Origin: Octopus vulgaris
Taxonomy: Eukaryota
Assembly: GCA_951406725.2 (NCBI GenBank)
Contig: OX597817.1
Span: forward strand, 47,182,001-47,246,000
DNA length: 64,000 nucleotides
Direction of reading: 5' to 3'
Both the position numbers and the translations under genes were made by a program. Positions 1 to 11,886 of the stretch are shown here, one piece after another. Position 1 is the stretch's first letter. Each line of letters starts with the position of its first letter. The notes under the pieces are model-generated. The model ran no database searches, had not been told where the DNA came from, and saw nothing but the letters and a program-made list of their open reading frames with translations.

Positions 1-97
1 GCATTTCCTCGCATTCAGTACAATGTCTTTATTATGGTAGTTTTGACTTTAAGAGTCCCTCCTAGCATGAGGCATTTATGTATAGTAACGCCCTTAA
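1..97 (+). mobile_element. 3' end of a Penelope-like pseudo-LTR fragment (same family as 13800-14155)
   Basis: Aligns by eye with 14060-14155 (..ATTATGGTAGTTTTGACT..AAGAGTCCCTCCT..GAGGCATTTATGTATAGTAA..) and ends in (TA)n. Confidence 0.6.
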
Positions 98-268
98 TAT
101 AATATATATATATATGTTTGTTGAAATGGAAAGATGAATTATCTTGTTACGGATTATTCAAAAGTTTAACCGATACCTGGGTAGCAAAAATCACAGCAGA
201 AAAAACACGGTTGGAGATAAGACCATATGGTGTTGCAACCGTGCGTTGGTGCGGATAATTGAAGTTTA

Positions 269-958
269 ATATAATTAGTGAATGGAAGAAATGGAGTTGA
301 ACGAAGATTGTACAGAATTCCTCTTATTACATTCTACACATGTTTCAAAGGCCACAATTTTCCAAATTCTGATTAAATAAGGATACCATATTGCAGCTTT
401 CTCTTCAGGAAAAACCAGGAATTACGTTGTCAGAACAAAACAAAACAGAGGCGCAGCAAAGCAATTCGAACGAGGACGCTCCTTAAGAGCCCATGGGTAA
501 AATGTTTATCAATGTACGTTGAAATCGGGGGGTTGGTGGGGGCCGACAAAGGGTCCGTTGGAATAAATCCAGGTCAGGCCGCGGTCAAATCTAGTAGGTG
601 AGGAATTAATGAGAACAAGGGGTGTGCAGATGTTCTGTGTGACCAAAACTAATGTTCTGAATATTTTAAGAATACAGGGTGTATTTTTTAGGGGCGAGAC
701 AATACCTACCTAAAAGCACACATAGGCTAGTATACACATACATGGGCTCTTAAGGAGCGTCCTCATTCGAATTGCTTTGCTGCGCCTCTGTTTTGTTTTG
801 TTCTGACAACGTAATTCCTGGTTTTTCCTGAAGAGAAAGCTGCAATATGGTATCCTTATTTAATCAGAATTTGGAAAATTGTGGCCTTTGAAACATGTGT
901 AGAATGTAATAAAAGGAATTCTGTACAATCTTTGTTCAACTCCATTTCTTCCATTCAC

Positions 959-967
<9 letters not shown>
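269..967. mobile_element. Penelope-like element fragment with inverted pseudo-LTRs
   Basis: 227-bp inverted arms 269-495 and 741-967 (about 3 mismatches), 245-bp spacer. Each arm carries a hammerhead motif; abuts (TA)n. Confidence 0.75.
825..904 (+). ncRNA. Type I hammerhead ribozyme (PLE-type); second copy on - strand at 332-411
   Basis: TTC-CTGAAGA (828-834), long stem II (GAAAGCTGCAAT...ATTGTGGCCTTT), GAAA (890-893), near-palindromic stem III ACATGTGT, GUA cleavage triplet, GAA closing stem I. Confidence 0.65.
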
Positions 968-993
<26 letters not shown>

Positions 994-1194
994 AGCCTGG
1001 GGTCTAAAGTAATCAACTGTCACCACCACCCCAAAATTGCTGGCTTTGTGCCAAAATCTGAAACAACTATTGATACTAATATTACAGTTGCTTCATGGAA
1101 AACAGTATCTTTGGCTTCAAGTGTTCAACTAAATACCAACTGAATTTGTCAATTTGGATCTCTGTTAGGAAACAATATAACAAGTAGTAGTAGT

Positions 1195-1453
1195 AAGGTG
1201 GTGAGCTGGCTGGATCGTTAACATGTGGAACAAAATGCTAAGCAGGATTTCTTTCAGCTTTATGTTCCAAGTTCAAATTCCACCAAGATCAACTTTGCCT
1301 GGCATCCGCCGAGGTTGACTTTGCATTTCATCCTTTTGGACTCGATTAAATAAGTACCAGTTACACACTGGGGTCGATGTAATTGACTTAATCCCTTTTT
1401 CTGTCCTTGTTTGTCCCCTTTATGTCTAGCCCCCTGTGGGCAATAAAGAAATA
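1195..1453 (+). mobile_element. tRNA-derived SINE family B (GGCGGCGAGCTGGCAG head, ...AAAGAAATA tail)
   Basis: A/B-box-like head, GTTCAAATTCC, core CTTTCATCCTT..GTCGAT..AAGTACCAG; many copies in the window. Confidence 0.85.
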
Positions 1454-2469
1454 TATATTCCAACTGAATGGTGTGATGTGATTTGCAGGCATTTTGACTA
1501 CTATTTCTAGCATGTCGTAAAAATTCTTGGTGAGTTGAGTGTTGGCTCATCCTTTCCCTACAACAGCAAGGTGAAAATGGGAAGGAGTTTGATCTGATCT
1601 ATTAAAAAATAAAAAGGGTTGTGAGTGAGAGGTGCCAAGTGTCTCAGACAATGAACTTGGATACACACAGCAGCTAACATTCACTAAAACACAGTAGGAA
1701 TCCCTGCAATTAGTGGGGAAAAAAAGTCACCTAAGAGTCGAAGAAATGGCACGCAAACATTTAGAATTAGGTGGTGCAAGGCGGAAGAAGTGGGAACATT
1801 AAAGCATGTTTGATAGCAACAACAACAACAACAACAATACCAGGACCAGTTGCAGCAATGGTAATAATAGCGTCCGTCTGGATGGTGAGGCAGGTTGCAG
1901 ATGATAAGTGAGCTGGGAAAGGTTCCGTTTAAGACATCAACCACAATGATCAATTGATTTATTCGTTCAATGCAAATGCACATGCAACATGCAGATTTTA
2001 ATTCCTCAAACACCATCTCATTTGTCTTGTTTTACATCAAATGCTGTGGCGAAATTTCAATATGGTCACAGTTCGAGTGTGTGTGTGTATGTATGTATAT
2101 GAGCGACTGATTGTCTGCCTATGCCATTTCGTAATTGAATGCACGTGCGTGTGTGTATGCATATGTGTATGTGTGTGAGTGCTCAAATTTGAAGAACTGT
2201 AGAGAGAGAGAGAGAGAGAGATAGGAAGAGTAGAGGGATTCCGAGCAGGTCATTGATACTTGACATTCAGTTATTCAGTTTGGCGCTTCAGATTTCAGCC
2301 TTTTCTCCCATTCCACTCAGTCAAATTAATTCTAATTAACTTCCCGACACCCTGTACCCCCACCCCACCGCACCCCCCCACAGTGGCACCAGCCACACGC
2401 CTACCTACCTGACAACCAAAGCAAGTGAGGACTAATTAAATAAAAGATACAAGAATGAATACAATTCTG

Positions 2470-2910
2470 AGTGTGTGCATGTATACATGTGTATGTATAT
2501 GTGTGTGTTTATGTCTGCATATTCATGTATATATGTGTGTGTGTGTTTGTATGTGTGTGTGTGTCTGCGTATACGTGTGTATGTATGTGTGTGTTAGTAC
2601 CTGCATATATATGTATATGTGTGTGTGTTTGTATATGTGTGTATGTGTGCCTGCATATGCATGTGTGTGTGTTTGTATATGTGTGTGTGTCTGTGCATAC
2701 ATATGTATGTATATGTGTGTATTTGTGCCTGCATATATGTGTATATGTACATGTATGTGTGTCTGCATATATATGTATATGTATGTGCGTGTAAGCCTGC
2801 ATATATATGTATATGTATGCGTGTATGAATATACATATGCATGTGTGTGTGTGCATGTGTATCACAATTATGTATATATGTATATATATATCATACCATG
2901 TATGATAATG

Positions 2911-2951
<41 letters not shown>

Positions 2952-2952
2952 C
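2470..2952. repeat. Compound (TG)n/(TA)n/(TC)n microsatellite
   Basis: Direct reading. Confidence 0.95.
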
Positions 2953-3053
2953 ATAGCATCATATCTCAGAGATGCAGTGGGATCAGAGCATCAACCAGGC
3001 CATAAAGATGTATGCTGAAGAGAGACTTTGATAATTAATAGCATTATAGACTG

Positions 3054-3330
3054 AGGTGGTGAGCTGGTGGAACCCTTACTGTGCTGGACAAAATGCTTAC
3101 AGGCTTTTCTTTATATTCTGAGTTCAAATTCCACCAAGGTTGACTTTGCCTTTCATCTGTTCAGGGGCAATAACATAAATATCAGCTGGACACTAGGGGT
3201 TAATGAAATCAACCTACCCACTCCCCAGTCTGCCTTTCACTCCTCTGAGGTTGATAAAATGAGGTACTAGTCATGTACCAGGCTCAGTCTGATCAGCTAA
3301 CCCCTCCTCTCAAAAATACTTGTCTTGAGG
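3054..3330 (+). mobile_element. SINE family B, diverged
   Basis: Same head and core as 1195-1453. Confidence 0.75.
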
Positions 3331-3349
3331 TTCAATCAGAAATCTTTGT

Positions 3350-3707
3350 CATTACCTCCACCTTCGTTAAGGCAAAGGTATTGTTTCCAGTCATGTTTGT
3401 TTGCTTGTTTATCCATGGACAAAATATCTCAAGAACTGCTGGATGGATTTGGATGAAACTTTTAGGGATGTTTGGCCTCATGACTGGCATGAACGGATTA
3501 GATTTTGGGATCAATCTGGTACCAGACAAGGATCCTGGGTTATTTTTCCAGTTTTTTCACTTAATTTTCGAGAGTGGTCAGGTTCATTTTTAGTATTCTC
3601 ATTTGTGATAAGAGTTGAGTTTATTTCAGATATTCACATTTTAAAAATCATCTCTGGCTAATCATTGAGAGGATATTGATGGTGCCTTGGCTCTCTGAGT
3701 GCTCATT
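3350..3707 (+). mobile_element. Helentron-associated non-autonomous (DINE-1/HINE-like) element
   Basis: ATTACCTCC..AAGG start, GTTTGTTTG microsatellite, 'GGATGGATTTGGATGAAACTTTTAGG' core, decayed 3' stem-loop ..CTCTCTGAGTGC. Second copy on - strand at about 20150-20446. Confidence 0.6.
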
Positions 3708-3771
3708 ATTATCATTTTCATATACACTCAACAGATTAGACTGTTGGAAAAGAAAAAAATCTTAACATCGA

Positions 3772-5249
3772 AAATGGAAAATTTCTCTTTTGATATTAAC
3801 ATTCCCTAAGCATGCATCACCTGAGTAGAGATCTACTTTCCATTTCTTCATGCTAAAGCTAATTAATTCTATTATGTTGTCTGCTATACAGAATATACTC
3901 AAACATTCACTTATCCATGAGTGTGGGATAATGTCAAAGGCTTTCCTATAATCTATCCATGCTATTGTTAGACTTTTCTTTCCAGCTTTTACTTCATTTA
4001 TAAATGATTTGTCTATATATAATAGATCATTCGTTCCTCTAGCCTTCTTCCTGTATTCTTTCTGTTCTTCTGGAAGTAAATTTTTGTTGTCAAGGTGTTC
4101 GTAAATGCTTTCTGAAAGCATTCTTGTTGACAGCTTCCACACAAATGGTAAGCAAGTGATTGGTCTATAGTTGCAGGCTGTATTACTCTCGCTCTTATCT
4201 TTAATTATGAGTATTGTCCTCTCTCTAGTCATCCAATCTGGTATTATTCCTACATTAAGGCAATCCTCAAGTTGTTCCTTCAGCCTCCAATGTAAACTAC
4301 TGAATTTCTTTAGCTAGCATCCTTGATCTAAATTTGGTCATCGGCCCTTCCAATATGGCATTTTTCCTAACACTTCACTCATTAATGCACTAGTTAATCT
4401 TAGATTTGGTTGCTTCTCACTTTCTTTAACCATACTGCATTTCCATTATGATTGACTGGCTTATCCCAAATATTACTCTAGAACTTTCTAGCTTCTTCTG
4501 CATTAGGTTTTTCATCTTCAGTACTTCGTTCTCCAATATTTATTGGGTTATAAAATCTCCTCTGGTCTGTCTCAAATAATCTGTTCTGTTGATACTGATC
4601 TATTCTTTTCTGATATCTGGAGAGCGTGACTGCTACTGCTGTGATATGCTAATTCAACACTTCTATTACAAATCCTTTCTCTTTGACAAAATATCTTCTC
4701 TTGGGGGAAGATTTGAATCTTGTGTTTCCTAACTTGTGTGTTTTTCAGGCTTCTATTCTGCTCAGATCTTGTCTTAAAGTCTTTACTTTATTTTGTAGTC
4801 TCCTTTTCCACATTTGCTCTTTTTTAATCTTTCCCTGTGAGATATCTAATCTTCTAGTGACTACCAACCTGCCTACAAAGATTAATAAATTAGTGTCTCG
4901 TATATTTTTAGTATCTATCCTCCTGATAACAGAATCTACTTTCCAAGTTATTTCTAGCAGCTTCCTTCTGTTGGTGCCTTTTAATGCTGTCAATTTTTAA
5001 AAAAATATTTTTACTCATTACTTCCTGCAGCTCATCTAAAATCTTCTGATCTTCCTCACTTAAATCACTTAAGTCGTTGGTATCAGTTGTCCCTTCCTCA
5101 TTGAAAGTTCTATTATTATTTTTTCCTTTAGATTCTTCTTTGGTTTGAGCTGCATCACTTATGTTGTTGTTTGTCTTTCCTACTGCCTGTTTTTTTTCCT
5201 TTTCCAGTTCTCTTGTGATCTCTTCTGCCTCCAATTTTGTCATCCACAT
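3772..5249 (-). pseudogene. Decayed Dong/R4-clade non-LTR retrotransposon ORF (N-terminal region + RT)
   Basis: NYRPITCLPFVWKL, LLPEEQK, GTNDLLYIDK, AWIDYRKAFDIIPHSWI, NIKREIF motifs; broken by stops and frameshifts. Confidence 0.85.
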
Positions 5250-6759
5250 ATGCAGGTCATTCTAAACTGGTGAAGGTAATGTTTAATCCCAACACCTGTA
5301 GCTTGTTGTTGTTAATTTCTCAGGTCAGTCTTGATCCAGTAAATCTACAATCATTGAGTGCCTCTAACACTTCAACAAAGTCCACTCTATTGTAAGCAGT
5401 TACACTAGATCTCTAATCTGAAGATAAGAGGCAGAGCTCCCATAAATTACAACTTACCATCTTGGAAAAAAAAAGGAGATATAGGATAATGTAATATTAA
5501 ATACGTAATGTCTATGAAAAAGACAGAGTGGTCATAGCTGGAATGGTTTTTATTGTAGATCTGTTCTAATAACTTAAATGTGTCCAAAATTTCCATTCAT
5601 TAGAGTAGACCTGGAGTAAAACAGCAATAACAACCAGGATACTGCTGCTGATGATAACAATAACAAGAATCTTTATTTTATAAGACGCTTCAGCTAAATC
5701 TTTTCAGCTTGAAGATAATGATAAAACTAAAAGATGAAGACGAATAAGGAAAATTCCAACCAAAATGTATAACCAAGAAAGTATGTATACATTTTTATTT
5801 TATATTTTTTTTTGATTACTTAAAAAAAAGTTTTGCCATTTTTTTTTTTGCTGTTTATTTTCATAATTTCTGCTCTTTTTGATAAATAAAAATATTTTGG
5901 TACGATAAAAAAATAAAAGGCTAAAATTCCAACTGGATAATCATCACTCATTTAATATCCACTTTCCCATGCTTGCATCAATGGGGCAATAACTAAATTT
6001 TTTCACTCAAAGCTTACAAAAAAAAAATTTAAATAATAATAATAATAATAATAATAATAATTATTATTATTATTCTGATTATTTCTTTTCTATAATGAAA
6101 AAAAAAATGAAGATGACAATAATTTCATATTTTTTGGGAATTGATGCATATTTTAAATTTCAATACTTCTTATTAAATTTCAAATTCACAACAAACTTAA
6201 TTTACATTATATACATATATATGTGTGTGCGCGAGTGTGTGTATACAAACATGCACACGCACACAAGCAAATTTTCTTTCAATTCCTATACACATGGACC
6301 AATTTCAGTTTTAATTTTTAATAATAATAATAATAATCCCATTCATTTTATTATTTATCATTATTATTATTATTATTATTAATAATAATAATAATAATAA
6401 CAGCAAAAGAAAAAAATTAACTTGGATAAACAAAAAAAAATTTCCTCACCGATATGTGATAATTAAAAAAAAAATGAGAAAAAAGCCAAAAAAAATACAA
6501 AAAAGAAAGTAAAGTACAGAACCAAAAACAAAAAAAAAGCAACTACAACACGAAATAACCAAGAATTTGAACTCTAGTAATCAATCCTCATGTACTATAA
6601 ACGTAAAAAGCACTAAGTAGGCTTTTCACCTATATGTAAGCAGTAACTGTGCCAGTTGATGGTTTTAAATTAAGTATTAGCTTTGTTGTTTTGTCTTTTT
6701 TTTTTTGTTTTAGCTTTAATACATGCTGTCTAAAAATAACTCTCCTGCTAAAGTTATTT

Positions 6760-6804
6760 CATTATTATTGTTGTTATTATTATTATTATTACTTAATATT
6801 ACTG

Positions 6805-6838
<34 letters not shown>

Positions 6839-6895
6839 TATTATTATTGGTGTTATTATTAACATTATTATTATTATTATTGGTATTATTATTAG

Positions 6896-6929
<34 letters not shown>

Positions 6930-7058
6930 ATTATTATCATTATTATTATTATTGGTGTTATTATTAACATTATTATTATTATCATCATCATTATTATTAT
7001 TGGTGTTACTATTAACATTATTATTATCATTATTATTATTGGTGTTATTATCATTTTA
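6760..7058. repeat. (ATT)n microsatellite with higher-order GGTGTT..AAC punctuation
   Basis: Direct reading. Confidence 0.9.
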
Positions 7059-7954
7059 ATTGACAAATAAATTGACTTCTCATAAATTACCATACCATCA
7101 AGTTTATTATTTATTTTTTGGGGGTTTTTGTTTTTGCATTTTAGTTCTTGTATTTTTTAGGGGTTTTTTTTTGTTTTTCTTTAAAATTACGTTTGTTATC
7201 ATAGTTGAGCACAGGTATTACAGCGAAATGTTTTGTGTATGTATTTTTATCGTATATTCAGTTCGCCTAAAGCTTCATGCTTTTAAATTTAGCAATCAAT
7301 TTTATCTTACTGAAATTTGCATTAAATTTTTAAGCCAGTTTTCAAACAACACAACAACAGCAACAACAACAAGACTGATACTGACAATGATGATGATGAT
7401 GATGATGGTGGTGGTGGGAGAGGTGGTGGCAGCAGCATATATCAGCTTAATAGCTGGAATAAGTTGGATGGTCCTGCAAAACAATATATTTCTCCATGTC
7501 CATCTCTCTCTCTCTCTCACACACTCTTCCTCTTTTTCCTCTTCCATCCATTCTCTTTCCCTTGCTATTTGAGTAAATTGACTCAAACTCTGGAACTAAA
7601 TCAGGCACAAGATGGTTCGAAACATCTCCATCTGTGATATCTACTAGTACAAAATCTCATCTTTATAAACCATAGCAAAGTAATATTTTACCTACTTTTC
7701 TAAATTCCTAAAACCAAGAACCACCACCACCACCACCACCACATCCACCTCCTCCTCATCATCATTATCATCATTATCATCATCGCCACCATCACAACCA
7801 TTACCCACTTTTCCATGGAGGACTAACATTGAATGGGTTTGAATCACATCTTTCTACAACATCACAGCTGCCACTTTTTCTCCTAGCCTCATCTGTGCTT
7901 TTATTTCAAGTGGCTTAAACATTATAATTTCTATGTAAATTATTAATCAAGGAG

Positions 7955-8000
<46 letters not shown>

Positions 8001-8064
8001 TGCTCATGACCTCTGCAGGCCTAGGTAGGCTGATGAGATTAACGGCAGTAAAAATTTTCCAAGT

Positions 8065-8720
8065 GGTTAAGAAGTTTGCTTCGTAACTATGTCGTTTTGA
8101 GTTCAGACCCACTGTGTGGAATCTTGGGCAAGTGTCATCTACCAGGTCAAACAAAGCCTTGTGAGTGGATTTGGCAAACAGAAACTGAAACTTGTGTGTG
8201 TGTGTGTGTGTGTGCATGCTCTGGTCTAGTCGTCACGTGACATGATGATTATAAATGAGCATCACCATCATACAAGCAATGTTATGCTTTCCCAATCTGC
8301 CATAAAAAAAAAAACATGTCTAGTTATGGGAAAATATTACCTATTTCTTTACTACCCACAAGAGGCTAAACACAGAGGGGACAAACAAGGACAGACAAAC
8401 GGATTAAGTCGATTACATCGACCCCAGTGCATAACTGGTACTTAATTTATCGAACCCAAAAGGATGAAAGGCAAAGTCGACCTCGGCAGAATTTGGACTC
8501 AGAACCTAACGGCAGACGAAATACCGTTAAGCATTTCGCCTGGCGTGCCAACGATTCTGCCAGCTTGCTGCCTTATTATGGGAAAATATTACCTTAGATG
8601 GAAACAGATCTGGGTGGATAACAGAAAGGGCATCCAGTCATAGAAAAATCTACCTCTACAAATTTCATCCTACAGATACAAGCATGGAAAAGTGGATGCT
8701 AAATAACCATGACGATGATG
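8065..8720 (+). mobile_element. Old SINE (A-type head, RTE-type (GAT)n tail) interrupted by a family B SINE
   Basis: Head at about 8065-8190; tail AAGGGCATCCAG..GCATGGAAAAGTGGATG..GATGATG at 8625-8720. Confidence 0.6.
8342..8574 (-). mobile_element. SINE family B with 19-bp TSD
   Basis: TSD TTATGGGAAAATATTACCT at 8324-8342 and 8576-8594. Confidence 0.9.
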
Positions 8721-9453
8721 AAGAATTTCCTGAAAATAGCATAGATGAGATGGAAGATGACCGTTTTCAGGCTGACAATCAAGATGATCAAGGACACCAA
8801 AGATGAAGTGGATGCTAAATAACCATGACGATGATGAAGAATTTCCTGAAAATAGCATAGATGAGATGGAAGACAACCGTTTGCAGGCTGACGATCAAGA
8901 TGATCCAGGACACCAAAGATGAAAGATGGGGAAAGACCAGCATCAGGGGACAGACATGAAGATTTAACACAGTAAGAATAGGAGAACATTTTCGGCATCA
9001 GTGATGAAATAGAATCTGCCTTTGATGGCTTTTAAAATTGATTTTAAGTTTAATTTCTTTTGAGCTGTAATTAATAAATCTTTAGTTATTAATTGATAAT
9101 TTTATAATTGTGCTTAACCTCAAATGTGCTTTGATGACTTCTTTTATTTAATTTACTTTAATGATTTCTTTGATATAATTTACCTAACGATCATGTATTA
9201 TGTGTGTAGTGGTCGTTCCATAATTGTGTTCATAATTTCATAAATTATTTTGTTAATAAAAGTGATCAGTGTGGCAATTCATTTAATTGTCTTACTCCGC
9301 TAATAACAATGGATATCTAATATGATTTCAAAAATTTCTTGACCTTTATAATCCCATCTTCCATGGATCTTAATTACTCTTGTCCCCTACCAGCTTTTCC
9401 ATTAAAATATGGGATGTCACTTGTATACAGTTAAATATGGCTTTTATATGTGC

Positions 9454-10040
9454 ATCATCATCATCATCATCATCATCGTCGTTTAACGTCCGCTTTCCAT
9501 GCTAGCATGGGTTGGACGATTTTGACTGAGGGCTGGCAAACCAGATGGCTACACCAGGCTCCAATCTTGATTTGGTGGGGTTTCTACAGCTGGATGCCCT
9601 TCCTAATGCCAACCACTCCGAGAGTGTAGTGGGTGCTTTATGTGCCACTGGCACGGAGGCCAGTCAGGCGGTACTGGCAACGACCTCGCTCGAATCTTTT
9701 TACACATGCCACCAGCACAGGTGCCAGTAAGGCGACGTTGGTAACAATCCCACTCAAATGGTGCCCTTTTACATGCCACCGGTATGGAAGCCAGTTGGCT
9801 GCTCTGGCAACGGTCATGCTCGGATGGTGTTCTCGGCACCCTACTAGCATGGGCACAAGTGCCAGTAAGGCGATGCTGGTAACGATCACACTTGAATGGT
9901 GCCCTTTTACGTGCCACCGGTACAGAAGCCAGTTGGCAGCTCTGGCATCGATCACGCTTGGATGGTGTTCTTGGCACCCTACTAGCATGGGCACAAGTGC
10001 CAGTAAGGCAACGCTGGTAACGATCACACTCGAATGGTGC
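9454..10040 (-). mobile_element. RTE LINE 3' UTR / RTE-tail element with internal ~130-bp subrepeats
   Basis: (CAT)n then GTTTAACGTCCGCTTTCCATGCTAGCATGGGTTGGACG. The same tail is joined to an RTE ORF end at 29401-30391. Confidence 0.8.
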
Positions 10041-10089
10041 ATGCATGAGCATATTTATGAATGTGTGTGTGCATATACATATGTATGTA

Positions 10090-11048
10090 TTGGGTTGTCC
10101 GGAAAGTTTGTGCTGATTTATAGTAGCTTACCTTTCGACTTATTTTAGAACATAGTTGAGTTCATAAAATAGGATTTGACTACACCACCATTTAGAGCAC
10201 AATTTAAGCTATCTTTTCATAGAAGGTTTATGTTCCTATAATCTGTGTTAATTCTGTAACACTTCAAAATGGAAGATAAGAAAGTTCATTTTCGGCACTT
10301 GATACTTTGTAAACCAGTGTCATCTACCAGGTCAAACAAAGCCTTGTGAGTGGATTTGGCAAACAGAAACTGAAACTCGTGTGTGTGTGTGTGCATGCTC
10401 TGGTCTAGTCGTCACATGACATGATGATTATAAATGAGCATCACCATCATACAAGCAATGTTAGGCTTTCCCAATCTGCTATAAAAAAAAACCATGTCTA
10501 GTTATGGGAAAATATTACCTATTTCTTTACTACCCACAAGGGGCTAAACACAGAGGGGACAAACAAGGACAGACAAACGGATTAAGTCGATTACATCGAC
10601 CCCAGTGCATAACTGGTACTTAATTTATCGACCCCAAAAGTGTGATCGTTACCAGCATCGCCTTACTGGCACTTGTGCCCATGCTAGTAGGGTGCCGAGA
10701 ACACCATCCGAGCATGACCGTTGCTGCAGATCAGCCGGGATGTGTTACCCCACCCTCCATATTCACCAGATATTGCTCCTTTGGATTTCCACTAATTCAG
10801 ATCCCTGCAGAATAGTCTTAATGATAAAAATTTAAATTCCTTGGATGACGTAAAAAGATACCTTGATGAATTCTTTGCCATGAAACCACCTCAGTTCTGG
10901 GAAGGGGGTATTTTCAAGTTAAAGGAAAGATGGAGATGCATTGTGCAACAAAATGGTTCATATTTGGTTGATTAAAAATGTAATGGCAAGTATTTATTGA
11001 CCTTTTTCTTTCCCTTAAAAATCAGTACAAACTTTCCAGACAACCCAA
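10090..11048 (+). mobile_element. Internally deleted mariner (mellifera-like) carrying filler DNA
   Basis: TA TSDs (10088-89, 11049-50), ~30-bp TIRs TTGGGTTGTCCGGAAAGTTTGTGCTGATTT, transposase start MEDKKVHFRHLIL (10269) and end DVLPHPPYSPDIAPLDFH*FRSLQN...WRCIVQQNGSYLVD* (10739-10975). Confidence 0.92.
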
Positions 11049-11532
11049 TATTATAGGGGATAACAAGTTGAAAGAAGCACTATCCAGCCATTTAGAATAA
11101 AGAACTCAAAACTGAAGATTACAGATGAAACAAAACAATGTTTTGTGTCACACTAATGATTATGGATTAAATATATTGGGCGGGGGGGTGGAGCATTCAG
11201 CTGTAATGTGAACAAACACAAACTTGGAGCTATAGTTGACCCTGCAAGAAGGCCACTCACTGTATTCTGTCATGAAGAAAATTTCTTCCTGGAGACAAAT
11301 AGCAGTAAATACAGCAAGTCAGCTCAGAATGCCCCCTAACCTAACTATTGGACACATGCCTTCAATATACCTGGTAGTATATCTTGGTTGTGTAATAAAA
11401 TATGGTGTCCCTGCCAGCAATTAATATGTACCTACTAATTGTCAAGAATGTGTTTAATATATATCAAAAGATGTGACACAACTAAATTTGATGACTATTT
11501 AAGCAATGTGTTCATGGTTAGTTAATGGGTTA

Positions 11533-11886
11533 GATGCGATGCTGAAGAAAGAGCAATATTTCCTGAAATATGCATATACAAGCATTACCTATGATGTGAT
11601 ACTGAAGAAAGAGCAATATTTCCAGAAATATGTATATACAACCATTATCTATGATGTGATACTGAAATAAGACCAATATTTCCTGAAATATGCATATACA
11701 ACCATTACTTACAATATGATGCTGAAGAAGGAACAATATTTCTTGAAATATGCATACACATCCATTACCTACGATGTGATACTGAAGAAAGAGCAATATT
11801 TCCTAAAATAGGCATATACAACCATTACCTATGATGTGATACTGAAGAAATACCAATACTACCTGAAATATGCATATACACCATTA
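11533..11886 (+). repeat. 60-bp x6 tandem repeat; monomer has minimal hammerhead ribozyme architecture
   Basis: Exact 60-nt period. Monomer GATR-CTGAAGA-A(A/G)GA(G/A)CAATATTTCCT-GAAA-TATGCATA-TA-CA(A/T)C. Confidence 0.75.

Noticed and set aside
2455-3018. Long Cys/Val/Tyr/Ile/His-rich ORFs here and at 15428-16254, 25824-26309, 31429-31995, 33907-34249, 48895-49479
   Set aside because: Translations of (TG)n/(TA)n/(CA)n microsatellites; open in several frames on both strands.
6649-7093. Poly-Leu/poly-Ile 'membrane proteins' (also 24668-25039)
   Set aside because: (ATT)n/(AAT)n repeats.
8028-8060. CTGATGA hammerhead-like core (also 5648)
   Set aside because: No stem II, GAAA or stem I/III pairing.
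9545-10148. Recurrent '[19 protein letters not shown]' peptide ORFs
   Set aside because: Antisense translation of the multi-copy RTE 3' tail, not a gene family.
11533-11886. CRISPR array interpretation of the 60-bp repeat
   Set aside because: No unique spacers, no cas genes, eukaryotic context.
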